DNA of 64,000 nucleotides. Source: Basidiobolus ranarum (lineage: Eukaryota). The notes beneath the pieces were generated by a model, which was given only the letters and a program-made list of their open reading frames with translations, had not been told where the DNA came from and did no database searches. The DNA is taken from positions 1-64,000 of the forward strand of contig JASJQH010000005.1 of the NCBI GenBank assembly GCA_040143965.1, in the 5' to 3' direction. This document shows positions 61,220-64,000 of the stretch, one piece after another; position 1 is the first letter of the stretch, and the number at the start of each line of letters is the position of its first letter. The position numbers and the translations under genes are program-made.

Positions 61220-61932
61220 ACTGATTAGAGCGTAATCTATTCGAATAGTTCCAGTGGTTAAATACGGTTATTACTTAAAAAGCCTTTCTGGACAGAAAAA
61301 AGAGACGGTCCAATTGTAACTAACTCTATATTCAATGTCAAATAACTTCGAGGCACGTCTGGAGAGATATAACGTGTGAGTGTTTAGGACAAGTACACCG
61401 AAATAAAGAAAAGGGAAGAGTATTGCTTTTTAATATATATCACTTTAATAGAGAGAGTTATACAATTCCACTTTACAGTTTCTCTTCTGGTACGTTTTAT
61501 ACTGGGAAAGAGGGTTGCATTTATTACGAAAACGGCCCACTTTCATGGTTAATGATGACTGATAAGGAACTGATTTTCTTTCCAATTATGTTCATGAGTC
61601 TATGTTACTCAAACACACGGGTAAACCATTTCCAGGGTAACTGTGTGTTTCAAACCGGTTGAATCCATTTTAACTGGTTCTTCTTACTCCTTTAGAAGCT
61701 ACTCCGCCTACCCTTGACTTGTACTTTGGTAGCTTGCTGTCAGTTCTTAGCAAATCCAAGAAACGCGTAAACTCCATGGTCTCATACTGGCCATTTTGAA
61801 AACCAATGATGCAGCTGATTACAGAATAAAAGTCAATAGCTGCTTAGCTTAGTACCTTTAAACATTGAATTGTTGCTCCAATCGCGAAAAATGAACCTGT
61901 ATTAAACCAATTGTGAGTTTCTTACATCTAAC

Positions 61933-62003
61933 TGACATCATTTTATTCCTTTTACCCTCCGTTCAATCTAATTATGAAACTAGCATGACATCATATGATG
62001 TAA
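61933..62003. promoter_or_regulatory. Cluster of CRE-like sites in the divergent bZIP/SH3 intergenic region
   Basis: TGACATCA at 61933 and 61986; TGATGTAA at 61996. Confidence 0.4.
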
Positions 62004-62376
62004 TGATACTCTACTAATCTTTGTTGGAGATATTTGCAGTATTGCCAGCTAATCGAATTACTGTTCTTGGTCAGTTAATTTAGAGGTTTACTGCTACGAT
62101 TCCATCGAAGCTTCACAGAAGAAATACCTTTTAGCACGTGACTAGGATAACCATCATCACTTCATATAACCATTTATTGGAATAATCATAAATCGATTAT
62201 ATTATGCATTTAATACAAGCTATGATTAAAATACCATTCCTGGCTTGACTAGCCCTTCTTATTGTAACAGGAACTATTTGGCTGCACGTTTTCCCCGTTC
62301 TTTTAAGGGTTTGAGAGCATTCACGAAATAACCAGCACACCTAAATACTAAACTATATAAAGAAACTCATCCAAAT

Positions 62377-63074
62377 ATGACCCATCTTCGTAATGAAAAC
62401 GTCCAAGTAACAAACGACCGGTCAACTTTTACTTTTGAAAAAAGTACATACCACCTTTTTTTAATTCAACCAAGAACTTTCTTCTAAATACATTTCCGAA
62501 AAATATAGAGTCGAAAGAAAATGAAGTAGACTCTCCTTTTAAATCATCCACCGTAAAAGAGGGAAACCAAAGTATTGCGAAAACAGACTCACATAATGAT
62601 TTTAAAGTTGACCAGGTTCGTCTTATCAGTTGAATCTTTATTTTCCTTTTGTTTTCGGTTTGAATGAGTACATCGACTAAGACGAGGCTCATCATTCGAC
62701 CAATATAGGGATTTTCCTCCTCGTCCTCTTCAGGAGAAACTACAGGTTCACGCTCAAAATTGTCTTTCATCTTTGATAGCTGTAATTCTAAACTCCACTT
62801 CCTTGTAGATCTAAAAATCCGAGACTTTGCATTTGGTCACTCAGATCCTAGACATTGGGGTGAATATGGCAAAGACGTGGATATAGGCAGTCAAGGCTTA
62901 TCTAAAGCGATAGCTCTGTATGATTTTGAAGCAGAGAATCCAAGCGAGTTGAGTTTTATGCAAGATGATATACTTACTATTCAGCATAAGCAATGTGCGG
63001 GTTGGTTAGTTGGATTTAAAGTGGAGGAAAAGGTTGGATTAATACCAGAAAGTTTTGTTCGATTTATCAACTGA
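62377..63074 (+). CDS. SH3 adaptor, Nbp2-like; 5' exons approximate
   Basis: KIRDFAFGHSDPRH preceding SH3 AIALYDFEAENPSELSF..DD.L....GWLVG....GLIPESFV. Confidence 0.65.
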
Positions 63075-63772
63075 GTTGCGATATCTTGAACTACGTGTAG
63101 ACAACACGTACATGCAAATTCCTGAATACTATATCATGAACTTTCTTACTTATTATCCAAACATTACATACAGTGCTTACCTTCATATACCAACCTGTAT
63201 TGAATAATGTCTATTGCATTCATTCCTTTCCTCTCTCCCTATCTCTTTAAGGAGATCTTATTTTTTTATAGAGATTCAACGTATTTACGTCCATTCATTC
63301 ATAGTTCCCGTCCTCTTCATCATTGTTCTTTTCTCCGTATCTTCCATGTATCATAAATGCTTCGATAGCAGAAAATGGTGAAATGTACTAGATGTGCTTG
63401 TCAACTCAATTAGTGTATCCTCGTCTATTCTTATCTTGATCAGTGTTGTTATTGCCAAAGAGTGAAGAGATACCTGCTTTCTACACAATACATTATCATT
63501 GTCCACCCTAAATTATGTCTTCTAAATGTTACTGAAATCTGGATGAAGTTGAAAATAGGAACAATATTTTATAAGTGCATCCATTTCCACATACAGAGGA
63601 GTAGTAGTAGCAAGAACCATTGATATGGATAGTATATGTATCGATTGTATTTTTATTACTATCTCGTAGGTAGGATTCATATTTGAATGATTGCTCTGTA
63701 CATAAATGATTTTGAAAGTTATACTGAGGAATTATTAACACGGTTTAGTGATTAAATTTATCAAATGAACCA

Positions 63773-64000
63773 TTAATCTTTATGTTCCAAAATTTCGCGC
63801 TCGGGATCTACTATCATTCTCTTCTCCCCTCTTAGAGGATGGTTGTATAGTTCGGGGGAAAATTTATCGTTTATCTTCTTGCTTGAGCAAGCCACGGCGA
63901 TACCAAAGATGGAAACGAGTACATGGCCAATACCTAGAAGTAGGAAAGGTGCTCCATACATCCAGGCATCAAATAAGTAGCCGCCTAATCTGGAAACAAT
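63773..64000 (-). CDS. C-terminal end of a membrane transporter (probably MFS), truncated by the window edge
   Basis: IVSRLGGYLFDAWMYGAPFLLLGIGHVLVSIFGIAV resembles MFS TM11-12. Confidence 0.65.
   Translation of the reverse strand: MVSRLGGYLFDAWMYGAPFLLLGIGHVLVSIFGIAVACSSKKINDKFSPELYNHPLRGEKRMIVDPEREILEHKD

Overview
Gene-dense, AT-rich eukaryotic DNA with many short (about 55-100 nt) GT-AG introns and CTAAC/CTGAC branch points. The gene content points to an early-diverging fungus (Zoopagomycota/Mucoromycota-like); this is inference. I can support about 30 protein-coding loci. Most are housekeeping: RPL14, RPL9, RPA12, RPA34, SRPK, WDR5, DCTN5, EPT1/CPT1, anoctamin, an AAA ATPase, ATG10, arginase, ARL1, signal peptide peptidase, MtnB, DES1, an Rtc5-like TLDc protein, a CorA Mg transporter, a PAS protein, SPC3, a Pcl cyclin, a CLPTM1-like protein, an F-box protein, GlnRS, a TM-SH3 protein, an ATF bZIP, an Nbp2-like SH3 protein and a partial MFS transporter. 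I found no tRNA, rRNA, CRISPR array or intact mobile element. The most notable items are: (1) an SPX (inositol-pyrophosphate/phosphate sensor)-ACT-ACT-phosphoserine phosphatase fusion with a Gcn4-type site upstream; (2) a secreted group-XII-like PLA2 with His-Arg in place of His-Asp; (3) a probable fungal SPIDR homolog; (4) metazoan-style TCT/5'TOP tracts before both ribosomal protein genes; (5) adjacent Pol I subunit genes, one with an intron-split start codon; (6) a possible stress-MAPK trio. Family assignments come from remembered motifs, not database searches, and the multi-exon models were assembled by hand.
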